Shown: piece by piece, positions 12,111 to 24,200 of the stretch | Layout: each line of letters begins with the position of its first letter | Position numbering within the stretch: position 1 is the first letter of the stretch | Origin: Sminthopsis crassicaudata | Lineage: Eukaryota | Reading direction: 5' to 3' | Assembly (NCBI RefSeq): GCF_048593235.1 | Contig: NC_133622.1 | Span: 199,609,198 to 199,673,197, forward strand | Length of the DNA: 64,000 nucleotides | Program-made: the position numbers and the translations under genes | Notes under the pieces: model-generated | Seen by the model: the letters and a program-made list of their open reading frames with translations, nothing else | The model's database searches: none | What the model was told of the DNA's origin: nothing

Positions 12111-12744
12111 GCACCGTATTTTCTTGTAAAAGGGAATTGGTAAATTGGTCAGTCTAATGCCAAAATAGGAAAAACTTATGATAAGTTTTCCAGGCTCTGT
12201 AACTTAATAATTCTTCCTTTATGTATCTATTTTCTTTTATATTATTTTATTATTTTTACCTTCTTCTCCTTAGATACTGTTACAAACATTTCAGAAAATT
12301 CAATGTTTACTTGGATGAACTTGAAATGTATAACAAAAGTGTAGAATCTCTGAGATATAGATAGACCCTAAAGGAGGTCTAGCCTATGATAAACTAATCA
12401 ATCAATGAATATTTATTAAATGCCTAATGTTTGTTAGATCCTATTCTTAGAGTGATGATGTCACTTTTAGGCCCTCCATTTGCATTCTAATTTATTTCAA
12501 CAAATATTTATTAAGTGCTTACTATTAGAAGGGATTAGGGGAGAGGGTGGCAGAATGGATAGAGAGCTTGCTTGGGAATTAAGAAAACCTGGGTTGTTGT
12601 CCTGCCTCTGACACATATATTGGCCATATCAACTTTCTCAACTCCAAAGACAAAGGACAGAACTAGACAGGGTTGTCTGATGGGAAAGAAAGACTATCTT
12701 CAAGAGAAGATCTTGGGTAGAAGTTGGTACCTGAACCTTGAAGG

Positions 12745-13415
12745 CTCATTTACAATCCTTGACCTTTTGTTCTTCAGATGAATTTCATTATTATTTTTTT
12801 CTAGTTCTATAAAGAAATATTTTGAGAATTGGTATGGCACTGAATGATTAAAAATAATTTTGCTATAATTATAATTTTTATTAAATTGGTTCAATCTACC
12901 CATGAGCAATTAGTATTCTTACAGTTATTCAGGTTTGTCTTTTTTTCCTGTAAAAAATGTGTCATGTTGTAATCATATTGTTGTTTCTATCTATGCCTTG
13001 GTATGTAAATTCTCAATTATAGTATACATTCCTTAATTAATGGAATATCTTTTTCTATTTTGCTTTGGTGGGCTTTATGTGGATTCATTTTATATTCTGC
13101 AATTTTTCTAGGTTTTAATTATCTAAATTAGTTTTAGTAGACTCCTTCAGATTCTCTAATTAAACCATTATGTCATCTACAAAAATGATAAATGTAGTTT
13201 CTTCTTTGCCTATACTTATTCTTTACTGCTGTAGCTAGCATTTTTACCAGTAGATCAAGTAATAGTGCTGTATTTAATAAACATCCTTGCTTTACTTCTG
13301 ATCTTATTGTAAAGGTTTTTAGTTTATCCCCCTATATATAATGCTGGGTTTTGGTTTCAGATAGATACTATTAAATGTATCAAGGAAAAAGATAGTTTAT
13401 TCCTGTTCAGAGTTG
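12745..13415 (-). mobile_element. Decayed L1 ORF2 reverse-transcriptase fragment
   Basis: The - strand gives NSIYLKPKPSII / GDKLKTFTIRSEVKQGCLL (L1 RT motif) and YFFIELEKNNNEIHLKNKRSRI, with frameshifts. Confidence 0.85.
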
Positions 13416-13419
13416 GAAG

Positions 13420-14050
13420 AAAAGGACCCAAGTAATACCATATTTCAAAATATTCTACAAATAGTAACTATGTAGCACTGTTTAAAAATATAGAGGCTGA
13501 GCAATAAGAATTGATTAGGTATGCAATATACAAAAGTCATTCTATAAAACATTTGAAACTGTGCCCCCTAAAGGTGTTAAATTGTACAGATACCTTCTGA
13601 CTAAAGGTCTTTAATGAGACATATCCCTTTGGACTAGAACAATATAGGAATTTTTTTTTTTTTTTTGCTGTTTTTTTGTTTTGTTTTCTCTTGAATATGC
13701 ATATTGGCTATAAGAGTCTTTTTTTCTCTTGCAGTAGGGTAGGNNNNNNNNNNNNNNNNNNNNNNNNNNNNNNNNNNNNNNNNNNNNNNNNNNNNNNNNN
13801 NNNNNNNNNNNNNNNNNNNNNNNNNNNNNNNNNNNNNNNNNNNNNNNNNNNNNNNNNNNNNNNNNNNNNNNNNNNNNNNNNNNNNNNNAAAATAAAAAGG
13901 ATAGCTTTGAAAGTCATATGTTGAATTTATTATAACTTAAAAAGAAAAGTAAGTGCTGCATAGTGAAAATTTAGCCTCACATCTAATCCTATATGAAAAT
14001 TCTTGTTTTATTTGGTATTTGTAAAATTCACAATAATAAAATAAAAGAAA
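13420..14050 (+). mobile_element. Decayed L1 ORF2 end and 3' UTR (spans a gap)
   Basis: tttgaaactgtgccc..cccttt-type ORF2 end and A-rich terminus aataataaaataaaag. Confidence 0.55.
13744..13888. other. Assembly gap (145 N)
   Basis: Run of N within an L1 remnant. Confidence 1.
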
Positions 14051-14452
14051 ATGGGGGAAGGGGAAAAAAAGGATTTCAGTGGATGGATGGAGGTGAGGAG
14101 GAAATGGGTCCCTGGGAGGGGATTGCACTAATAGACATATACAGGAGAGGGCAGACAAGATCATAGCAATCTAGTTGGTCTGGAAAATGGAACTCGGGAA
14201 GGATTTTAAATGCTCATCTCAGGGGTCTAGTTTTATCATTACAGGCAATAGGGAATACTAAAGGATCAGCAGAGTGACATGGTTGGACTGTTACATTAGA
14301 AAGGCTGATTTGGCAGCTGGATGAAAGAACTGGGTGAGACTAGAGGTAGAAAGCGGTATTTGTCCAGTGGTTCATTAGGAAGGCATTCCAATAGTCTAGC
14401 CACTAGGCTGTAGTGATAAAGGTCTGTACTCTGTCATGGCAGTGCCCTAAAA

Positions 14453-14653
14453 CAGGGATGCTTAACCTGGGATCCATGAACTTTTAAAAAATATTTTTTG
14501 ATAGCTATATTTACACAGAACTAGTTTTCTTTGCAATCTTTTATATTTTATTTTATGCATTTAGAAACATTATTCTGAATTATTTATAGGCTTCACCAAA
14601 GTGCCTCAAGAGTCCAGGATACAACAACAACAACAAAAGGTTAAAAATCCCTG
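14453..14653. mobile_element. Complete hAT-like MITE (201 bp)
   Basis: TIRs cagggatgcttaacct / aggttaaaaatccctg (14/16 complementary); Charlie-like flanks. Confidence 0.85.
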
Positions 14654-15244
14654 GCCTGGAGGAATCCTGTAGAAGCTAGCCTGTTGTAAAAGGTCTTACT
14701 GGACCATCCCAACCCATAGCGATCTCCCCTTTCTCAGGCCTCTTATTTAAAGTAGAGCAACTAATAGTGGAGTTGGTATGGGAAAGATCAGGATGTGAAT
14801 CCCACCTTCATGGACTTACTGACTGAATTTTTTATTAGTTTCTCTGAAATGTGTCTCTTTTCCTCAGAGGAGAGTTTTAATTTTTGATCTCTCTGGTCCC
14901 TCCCATGTCCGAGTCTATAATCCTGTAATATCAGCAGTTATATTTTCTTGTGTGGGAGTCACCCCTAGCTGGACGATGAGCTCTGTGAGGTCAGAGACTG
15001 TATCTCCCTTTGACAGGGCTTAGCAGGTGGTGGAACACCCAGCACCTAAGAGGGACTCAGTATTTCTGGAATTTGTGATCAGTGGCCCAGAGCTGGGATT
15101 TGCTACAAAAGCTCTGTTAGGAGAGTCGCATTTTCCGTCTCCTTTGTCCTTGCTCTTCAAGGCCGCTCTCACCACCACAGTATCCTCCATGTTGATAGGG
15201 ATGCAATCTGTCAGTAGGAGACAAGGCATTCCCCACCCCCAGCT

Positions 15245-15258
15245 GTTGCTATGGTTAC
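15245..15258. promoter_or_regulatory. RFX X-box GTTGCTATGGTTAC
   Basis: The reverse complement GTAACCATAGCAAC fully matches RTHNYYWTRRNRAC. Confidence 0.45.
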
Positions 15259-18200
15259 TGAGGGCTACTGTGAGCCTCCTGGGCTGTGAGCCTCCACACC
15301 TGTCCCTGCAAAATGAACCCTGGCTTGCAGAACAATGCAGGCAGGGGATTGCAGGTACCCTGGGTCCCATGTAACCATGTAAACACAGACTAGCTGAGAC
15401 CTTAATATACCTCCTCCTGTAGGAACAAGGAAGTCCCCCATCCCTGTCCCAGCTTTCTCCACATAGCCCCTCATTCCCTGATACTACTGAGTGACCTGAT
15501 CAGAATTTTAGTGGCTGCTCATTTGGCTTAATAACAACAGTAATAATATTAAAAATAATATCTAACATTTACACATTGCTATATAAGTATTTGGGATGTC
15601 AGTGTTGGGAAGGATTATAGAAATCATTCAGTCCTCCCATTATCATATTCATAATAATGTGTAACACTACTCAAAATAATGTGGTCACAGATCCACTAAA
15701 CACCAGAGCTTCTCGCTCCTTCCCCTTCCCCCACCAATTACATCTTTGTTCAGATAGTATCAGTCTGTCCCATTGAGTTTTTAGCTTTTGTTGTTACCTG
15801 AGATCTAGTCTAGTAGGGAGGCTATCCATCCATCCATCCATCCACTCTCCAAGACTATCTTTTCACGCAACAGACTATCTCTCATTCTTATTTATCACAT
15901 TTATGGAGTATTTAATGATCTATAAGATCTAGGTAACATAAGCAATATAAGAATTATCATTCCCTCTTTTACTCATGAAGATGAGGCCCAGAGAAGTAAG
16001 GGGAAAACAAAGGCAAGATTAGCCACAGATTTGAGATTGACCCAAGCCTCCAATTCCAAGTCCTCCAGATCTCACCTGATCATTAATTTGGGATGATCCA
16101 GCCTAAAATACATATTGATTGGGTTGTTGAAGGGACTGGAAACTTTGCCATTTCAGAACAGACTGAAAGAACAGGGGAAGAGAAGATATGATGGCTGTCT
16201 TCAAGGTCATCCCTTTATCAAGACTACATGATCTTAAATCCATTGAGATTGAAAATAAAGCATGGGTAGATGATGGGTGGATGCTGAGTTCATTCAAGAA
16301 TCCAGAATTGTAAAGTCATCCATGATCCTCCATGACACAATCTCTCACTCTCCTCCAGAGTGTGGTGACAGGAACCTAGAGGCAATGGCATTTATTGTCT
16401 CCTGCAGTCACAGAAAATTATTCTCTGTAGTTAATAAGCCCATTGAGACCACAGCTCCAGAAGGGAATGCAGAATTCAGGAAGAAAGTCAGTCCAGGAGG
16501 GGGGAGAGAGTAGATCCTTTGTTTGTTAAAAATAAATAAATAAATAAAGACCAAGGGGGAAAAAAACACAAAACACAAAAAACAGGCCATGTTTGCACCT
16601 AGTAACTTCTAATTCTGTCGTCTCCAATTCCCAGACCTAAGAATAGTTAACCAAAGCTGAGCTGCCGCACATCTCACCCTCACACTGCAGGTGACTACGA
16701 AAATGTACCCACAGCAACAGCAGCAGCTACAGCAGCAACAGCATCACTTTGGGGCCCACATGGAATCCAACACTTGGGCTGACATCAAGGACCGGAATGA
16801 GAGAAGGCCTCAACCTCCACCAACTCCTTCCCCTCCAGCTCTATAGAATTAGGGTCTCCAGTGTCGTCAGTGTAAGGAACTCATTTATCTTATGTTAGCT
16901 GAGAGTATCTCTTGGACTGGTAGGGGTTATTTTATTATAGTAATACAAATAATCCCTTCTCTGGAGAGCACTTTATAGCTTACAAAACCCTTTTCACATC
17001 TCTTATCTAATTAAGAAAAGGTGATGTTGTTAAACATAATGGATTCCTAGTCTTCGTAGTCCATAGTGTCACTTCCCCCAATTCACTAAATTACTGATTT
17101 CTCCAGCGTGGTCCCAGGCAGCATCCTGGCAAACTCCAATTTCTTGCTTCCTGGCTCAAAGATCTTCCCATCACATCATGCTGCTACTATAATATTTAAT
17201 AGCATTCCTTAGCTTATATGTTGGTTCCCCATTTCAGAAAAGAGAACAAGGTGACTAGTCATGGTCCTTCCCCCCACTCTCCATCTCTGGCAACATGGGA
17301 ATCACAGGAAGTCTTCCAAGTTTCTAGAGGAAGCATCTCTGCTTTTCACATGGGAATTTGTATGTCCCTGGAGTCACTTTTGGAGGAGGTTAAGAGTGAT
17401 TTGTTGTCCTTTCTGTATTTATGAATTATTCATTCTATGGTTCTTCAGTCGACCTTGGAGCTTGAAGTAATGAGCAAAATGATAGTCTAAATGTGGCCAA
17501 GTAACTGACAGTATCCTGGAAAAGCTTTTTAGTTGAAAGTTAAAAATTCTGTACTTGGGGTGACATTTTATGCTCATCCTGTTTCCAGTCATCAGGGGCT
17601 GTTCTGATTTTGTTCCTGGTCTTCAGGGAACTAGGGTGCTTCCTTGTCTTGAAAGTACCAAAATGTCTCATGTATCTTTGATCACTGTGAGCAACATTGA
17701 AACTTATCTAAGGACTTTTAAGAGCTTCCCTCTATATAACAGAAATTTGGAAAATCCAATAGACACCAATAGGACATTGCCCCAACATTTACTAAGCAAA
17801 AAAGCCCCATCAGTTCTCAGTTTATCTCTCCCCAATTCATTTCACCAAAAGGTTGTCATCCACTTTGATAGAATTATTCTTTGGACACATCCATTCCTGG
17901 AAGAAGAACAAGAGGAGTGCTTTTTCCAAGGATGAAGAATTTCCTTCATGTTTAAAGGGTCATCGTTTCTGCCCTAAGTAGGCACTAGAGAGTCTCTTAT
18001 TGAGATAACAATTGAGAGTTGAACATTGGGATTACAATGTCAGTTGTGTCATAGCCATAGTTGGAGGGGCGAGACATGACAGCATGGCTTCTTAAATGTC
18101 ATAAATGTATCTACTTTGGTTCAAAAAGTAATTTACTGGATTATATGTCTTGAGACCAGACATGCCTAGAGAGCAGGTTGCATGCAAACAAATAAAGAGA

Positions 18201-18299
18201 TTTAAGAAACTGCAAATCCAAATGTGGCACAGTAGCCAAAAAAAATCTAATGTAAGTCCAATAATGTTTATCATCCTTGTTTATCATCCTTGGTGAATT

Positions 18300-18900
18300 A
18301 TTCCCTGTTCTAGTTCTATCTCAAATATTCTGATCCTTTCTAGGAAGTTCTAGGTACCTCAACTTTAGGAAGGATATGGAAAAAGTAGAGAATAATCAGG
18401 GTGTTGAAGGGTACAAGTTCTATGTCATTTTAGAAAAAAACCCCTGAAGGAACTGGGGAGATACAATGACTGTAATTAAGTATCTACAAACTGCATTGTA
18501 GAAGAGATATTAAACTTCTTTTGGATTCAGAAGGCAGAAATAGGAGGACTGGGTGAGAATTAAAGAGGGAGATGGGTTTGACTATTTAAAAAATGACTTT
18601 CTATTCTGTTTAATAATGGAATGTTTTCATTGTAAAGCAAAGTGTCCTCCATAAATGGAGGTTTAAGCTGAGGCTGCATAATTCTATGATAAGGTTGTTA
18701 TGAAATCTGAGTTCAAATCCAGGCTATGTAACTATGGGCAAGTCCCTTAACTTCCACTTGCCTCAGTTTCCTCATCTGTAAAATGGGTATTATAATAATG
18801 GCACCTACTTCCTAGGGTTGCTGTAAGGACAAGATGAAGCAATTTTGGGAAAAACTCTTTGAAAACCTTAAAGCACTTTACAAATGCTAGCTATTATCAT
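18300..18900 (+). mobile_element. CR1/L3 fragment followed by a MIR (about 18700-18900)
   Basis: ctttaggaaggatatggaaaaagtagag (L3); tatgggcaagtcccttaacttccacttgcctcagtttcctcatctgtaaaatgg (MIR). Confidence 0.75.
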
Positions 18901-20104
18901 TAAAAGAGACTTCTATACTAGTTGAGAGATTGACATGGTTAGCTTCTAAGAATTCCATGATTCTGTGAATCCCTCAGGCAACAGGATAACCACAGATATA
19001 GAATCACAGATTCACACTTCCATTACTGGAGGGATTTCAAAGGTCATCTAGTCTAACTCCTGCCTCTCCCATCATTTTGCACATGAGGACTTTACAGATG
19101 AATAAACTGAGCCCCAGAGAAGTTAAATCACTAAATCAGACTCATGAGTAGCCTTCTGGGAATTTCTGTGAGATACTTAGCATCTTAAAAACACACTAAG
19201 ATGGAAAGAATCTTAGCTTAAGTGACTTGGGATCTTAGTAAGGGAACTTAGAGGTCAGTCAATCCAACCCTACTATTTTCTGATGAAGAAACTGAAGAGG
19301 AGAGACTTGTTTGTTGAGCAAATGAATAGCAGATCTGGCATTCTATCTTCAAGCAAAGGAGAAGGGAGATCTCAGTATTGCTTGTGATAGCATAGGTTTG
19401 CTGACTATGATCCCTCTGGTCTTCACTCACCCTTCACATATGACTTCATGGGGAGGTTTATGGAAACTAATCCAGTGTCATTGCTGGGGGACTCTCCAAG
19501 GAGAAGCCTGTGGATGCTCTCTGCTTTAATCTTCCTATACAAATGTGATTCTTCTCATGTAGCCAACTTAGTTTTTTTTTCTCCCTCTGACCTTTCTTCC
19601 ATCTCTTCTTTCATTTTCACAAGGGCAGTTGTTGACCTTACAATGTATTCTTGTGACTAATAAACCAATTACTCTCCTCCCCTAACAACATAAAAAAGGT
19701 CTTCTCCCAATTGTCCTTTCAGAACCATCATCAAAATATTCCCCATTCTCCGGGAAGAGCTTTATCTTATAAGAGGCAGCTCTCAAACTGAGGGTAGGGA
19801 TGTGGGGAAAGAAGATGGTACCAAGAGAGTGTTTTATATTGTTTCTGCCTCACTGTCCCTCTGCCTAGGAGTGACCTACAAGCCAACTAGATTCAAGGTG
19901 AAAGAACAAATCTATCTTAGAGCAGCTATATTTCTGATTAAAAAAAAAAAAACATGGCTTCATGAGGATTAATGAGGATGTGTCAGGGAAGTTTTTTATT
20001 CATAGGGAACAGCGATGGAGAGAGGGTGGGGTATTTTAGCTGCTCCCTAGCAGCAGAGGAGCTCAGATCTTCCTGTTGATTTAATACCTGCCAGCCATCC
20101 CCAA

Positions 20105-20310
20105 AGGGCAGGTAGGTAGTGTAGTAGATGGAGTGCTGGTCTGGCGTCAAGAAGATTCATCTTCCTGAGTTCAAATCCAGCTTCACCTTACTAGCTGTGG
20201 GACCCTGGGCAAGTCAAGAAGGAAATGGCAAACCACTTTAGTATTTGCCAAGAAAAAAACAGTTACAAGGAGTCAGATTTGACTGAAAAATGACTGAACA
20301 ATATAGCCCC
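20105..20310 (+). mobile_element. MAR1-type SINE (internally deleted)
   Basis: tRNA-like head with gagttcaaatccagc, then aagaaggaaatggcaaaccactttagtatttgccaagaaaa. Confidence 0.85.
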
Positions 20311-20849
20311 AATTAGGCCTGGATATCCCCTCTGGTAAAGAAGAAAAAAATTCTGGCTCTTTAATCCCTGGGTTTGATTTCCCCCTTGACCTTGAATAAA
20401 AGTCACAACTTTCTTGGGTTTTCATATTTCTTCTGTAAAATGAAAGAGTTAAGCTAAATGGCTGAGGTCCCTTCCCTCTCTAGATTAATGATCCAGTGAT
20501 CTCTCACACTCAGTCTCCAGTACACAGAGTAGCTCTAGTCTCTACCTTGCACTGACCAACCTCCTGGACAGCTCCTCCCTTGCCAACATCCTCCTTAAAA
20601 GATGGCATCTGGGGCTGAATGTGACATTCTAGCTATAGTCTAAACCTGACAGAAAGAATCAGGACTGTCATTTTTCTTGATCTGGATTGTTATCCCTACA
20701 TTGCTACCTCTCTGAGGTCATATTGGCTTTTATTGGTTGCTCAGTTGACTCATATCCATATTCACCCATTTCTTTTCTCACTCTGGTTTGGTTTTCCATT
20801 CTGGCAGCCCAAGCATTACTTTTCCTAATGATTGGGTCACATTTGGATT

Positions 20850-21085
20850 CTTTTGGCAGCCAAGTGACTTAGTAGATAGACCATCAGGCAGGAAGACTTG
20901 TATTCAAATTCAGCTCCAGATGCTTGTATCACCATGGGAAAAATCACTTAACCCCTGTTTGCTTCAGTTTCCTCATCTGCAAAATGGGGATATTAATAGG
21001 ACCCACCTCCTAGAGTTGTAAATATTAAATGGGGCAATAATTATAAAGCACTTAGCATAATGCCTTGCACTATATCAAGGTTGTT
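20850..21085 (+). mobile_element. MIR-family SINE
   Basis: cacttaacccctgtttgcttcagtttcctcatctgcaaaatgggg. Confidence 0.8.
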
Positions 21086-21576
21086 ATTATTAATATTATG
21101 ATTATTTCATAAAGATTTTGTTAAAAACAAATACAACACTAACTTTTATGTTCCTCTTTTAACTTTCTGAATCTCCCTTTCTCCTCCCCACCTCCTCCTG
21201 GCAGAAGGACAGTTTCTGCTTTGGGTTTTATCTTTCATCTCATGTGATCGAAGATGATGGTGTGTTTTTTTAAATTATTCTTCAGGTGTCTTGTGTTTCT
21301 AGCATCTCTGCCCTGATTATCACTTTTCTGCTTTCATTTCTACCCAATCATGCTGTTTCTTTGTACTCCTCCTTCGATATCTGGCTGGTAATGATTTTCC
21401 TTGAGAAGGCAAATATGTACTTTTATTCGAAATGCTCAAAGCATATCGGACTAAGAGTGTGAGCCAGCATTGCGGGATGCTGCTGCTCCCAGGATCTGGA
21501 TGCTTTCCAAATCCAAGTCATTGTTCCTTTCCTAAGTATAGGGCTGTAATCATCTACAAGAAGGACTTGTAACATC

Positions 21577-21580
<4 letters not shown>

Positions 21581-21651
<71 letters not shown>

Positions 21652-21812
21652 TGTGTGTATTCCTGTGTCTCTGTATTTCTGTCTCTGTTCTTTGTGTGTC
21701 TATCTCTCTGTTTGTTTCTCTGTGTCTCTGGCTCTGTCTCCCTCTGTCTTTTTATCTCTGTCTCTGTCTCTTTTCTATCTCTCTATCTCTATCTTTCTCT
21801 GTCTCTGTCTTC

Positions 21813-21890
<78 letters not shown>
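21581..21890. repeat. Compound microsatellite (CT)27-(GT)12, degenerate CT/GT spacer, (CT)33
   Basis: Direct count: CT 21581-21634, GT 21635-21658, CT 21825-21890. Confidence 0.98.
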
Positions 21891-21894
<4 letters not shown>

Positions 21895-22649
21895 CTCTCT
21901 CATCAGTTATACAGGGACACAAAATCACGAGACTAAAACAGCTTGGAATTTCATGCTCAGCCAGTGCCAGTTACGCAGACTGTCCTGGGAAGATTCTCCT
22001 GTCAGCGTCTTCTAGCCTATCAGATATCTCTGTCCAGCTCACTTGTTTTTCACATGTCAGGGTCATCCCTGTCTGAACACTAGCCATGATAACTTTACTG
22101 TTTTACTTGAAGTAAAAAAAATTCTCAGTGAAATTTCATGAGGACTTTTAAATGAAGTGTAGAATTACAGACTGTCAGAAGACCTATATATTATAGATTG
22201 AAAAGCCAAAGGTGCAGAGAGGTAGCCTGCCTACTCCTGCCTCTCTTGTCCTAATATTCTTTTCATAGGTGTTTCCTATTTGTAGGGAACCAAAGAATTT
22301 AGCGTCCAATTTATGTTGAACTCTGTAAAGGAGTTTTGGTGATGAGTTCTTTGTTATTTAGTTAATAAACCCATGGAGAGAACATCTGAAGCTTCTGAAG
22401 TAGAGATACCCTCCATGATATAGGGATATAAAGCTCATACCTACATACTATCAGCAAAGTCTAGATGAAGCACAACAAAGTCAATTCTCTGGGCATATGG
22501 ATGTCACCGGGGACCCCCAAGCAGATGTAGAAAGGATTTATCTGAAATTGTGTGGAAAGGGATCCTAACCAGCTTGGAAGGAGGGAGCTTGTGCACCTGC
22601 CCAGTACCATAATGTGTCATAAGTGAGCAGGATGGAAGTATGAGAGGAT

Positions 22650-24200
22650 CCCAGAATCACCAAATCTCTGATTTAGAAGGACCTCAGAGGGAATCTAGTC
22701 TAACACTTCTCATGGAATTCCCTCTAAACCTCTCATTTATACCTTATCCAAAGACTCGCAGGAAACTCACTATTGTCAAGGTAGCCCATTCTGGCTATAT
22801 GTAGCTCCTATTATTAGACCATCTCCCCATGTTATTTGTTCATCATTTCTATACCTATTCTTTTTGATGCTGAGTTTAGCAAGAAGCTCCCAATGCATTC
22901 ACATTGGTATGTCTAAATATCTACCCCTTCTTTCCTCCTAATGAATCATTTGTGATTATAATACTAGAATTTTGTCAAAAAAACCCTCTCATCCCTATTG
23001 GATCAACTTCCAAGAAATCCAGGGCAGTTCTAAATGGGCCTGTTAAGTATCTTCAAGCAGGTCTTATTAAGAACCATAGAACAATAGAAAATTACACCTG
23101 GAAGAGCCTAAACAGGTGATGTAGTCCAGTCATTCCTGGAAAGATGAATTCCAGTTTTCCAAATTTAACAAGTGACCATATATGGCTTTTTCCTGAACAC
23201 CTCACTCAGTACTTCCTGAAGCACTTCATTTCATGACTGGATCACTGTGATTTTTAGAATATTCTTTTTTTAAGATTTAGAACATTCTCTATTATATATT
23301 ATATATTTAATATTTTATAAATATAATTTATTTTAGATTAGAATATTCTTTCTTCCATGGCACTGCTTCCCTGAGATTTCTACCCATTTTTCCTAGTTTT
23401 GCCTTCCAGGGCTAAGCAATTTTAATCTCCATGTGATCACCTTTGAAGTTTCTGAAGGCAGTGATCATATCTCTGCCTAAGTATTCTTTTCTCCAAGCTA
23501 ATGGAATCTTTCTTTAGAAACATACCATTTTACCTCAAGAATTTTCATGGCCCCCTTTAGAATGGCTAGCTCTTCCAGCCCCCTAAAATTGAAAAAAATG
23601 CAGGCTCTACAGATATTTGTTTTCCATTTCTTCCTTTATCTGTACATCTATAATTTCTTATCTTCTAAAAATTATTTTATTGTACTTATGTCCTGGTCAA
23701 CAAAAGTCATAAAAAATTGAGGGGAGACATCTCCATCTTCACCTCCTCCATTTCCCTCTCCCGTTTCATTGATACAATCTACCTTTATGAACATTTACTG
23801 AGAGCAAATGTACAAGACTCTGCCTCTATCCTTCATCTTTAAATAACAAAGAACAGGAATACAATTTCCAAGAACAGAGATGCAATTTATTTTATTGGAC
23901 TTTTTCAAACTGACCATTTTATTAGAAGCTGAACCTAGTGGTGTCTTCTTACATGACATCCCTACCCCAGAAATTAACTTCCTTTTGGAATTTTGCTTAC
24001 CCATCAATCAGATAAAATCTAAGTTCCCCCCATTGGAAACTTCTACAATTTCTCAACATCTTAAACAAATCTACTGGAGCATGTATGGTCAATGTGAAAC
24101 TGTGAGTAGATAAATCCCACTGTAAGGTCAGGCTTTGTCAAACATCTCTTCTTTAAGAGAAAATTCAATTCACATGGCACAAATGTTCAGTGGCTCTGGA
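22650..24200 (-). mobile_element. Decayed CR1/L3 remnant
   Basis: L3 3'-end-like segments (catagaacaatagaaaatt..., tttagaaggacctcagagg) and ORF2-like decayed sequence. Boundaries approximate. Confidence 0.55.

Noticed and set aside
21635-22076. Three overlapping ORFs with CV/SL repeats
   Set aside because: Translation of the (CT)n/(GT)n microsatellite.
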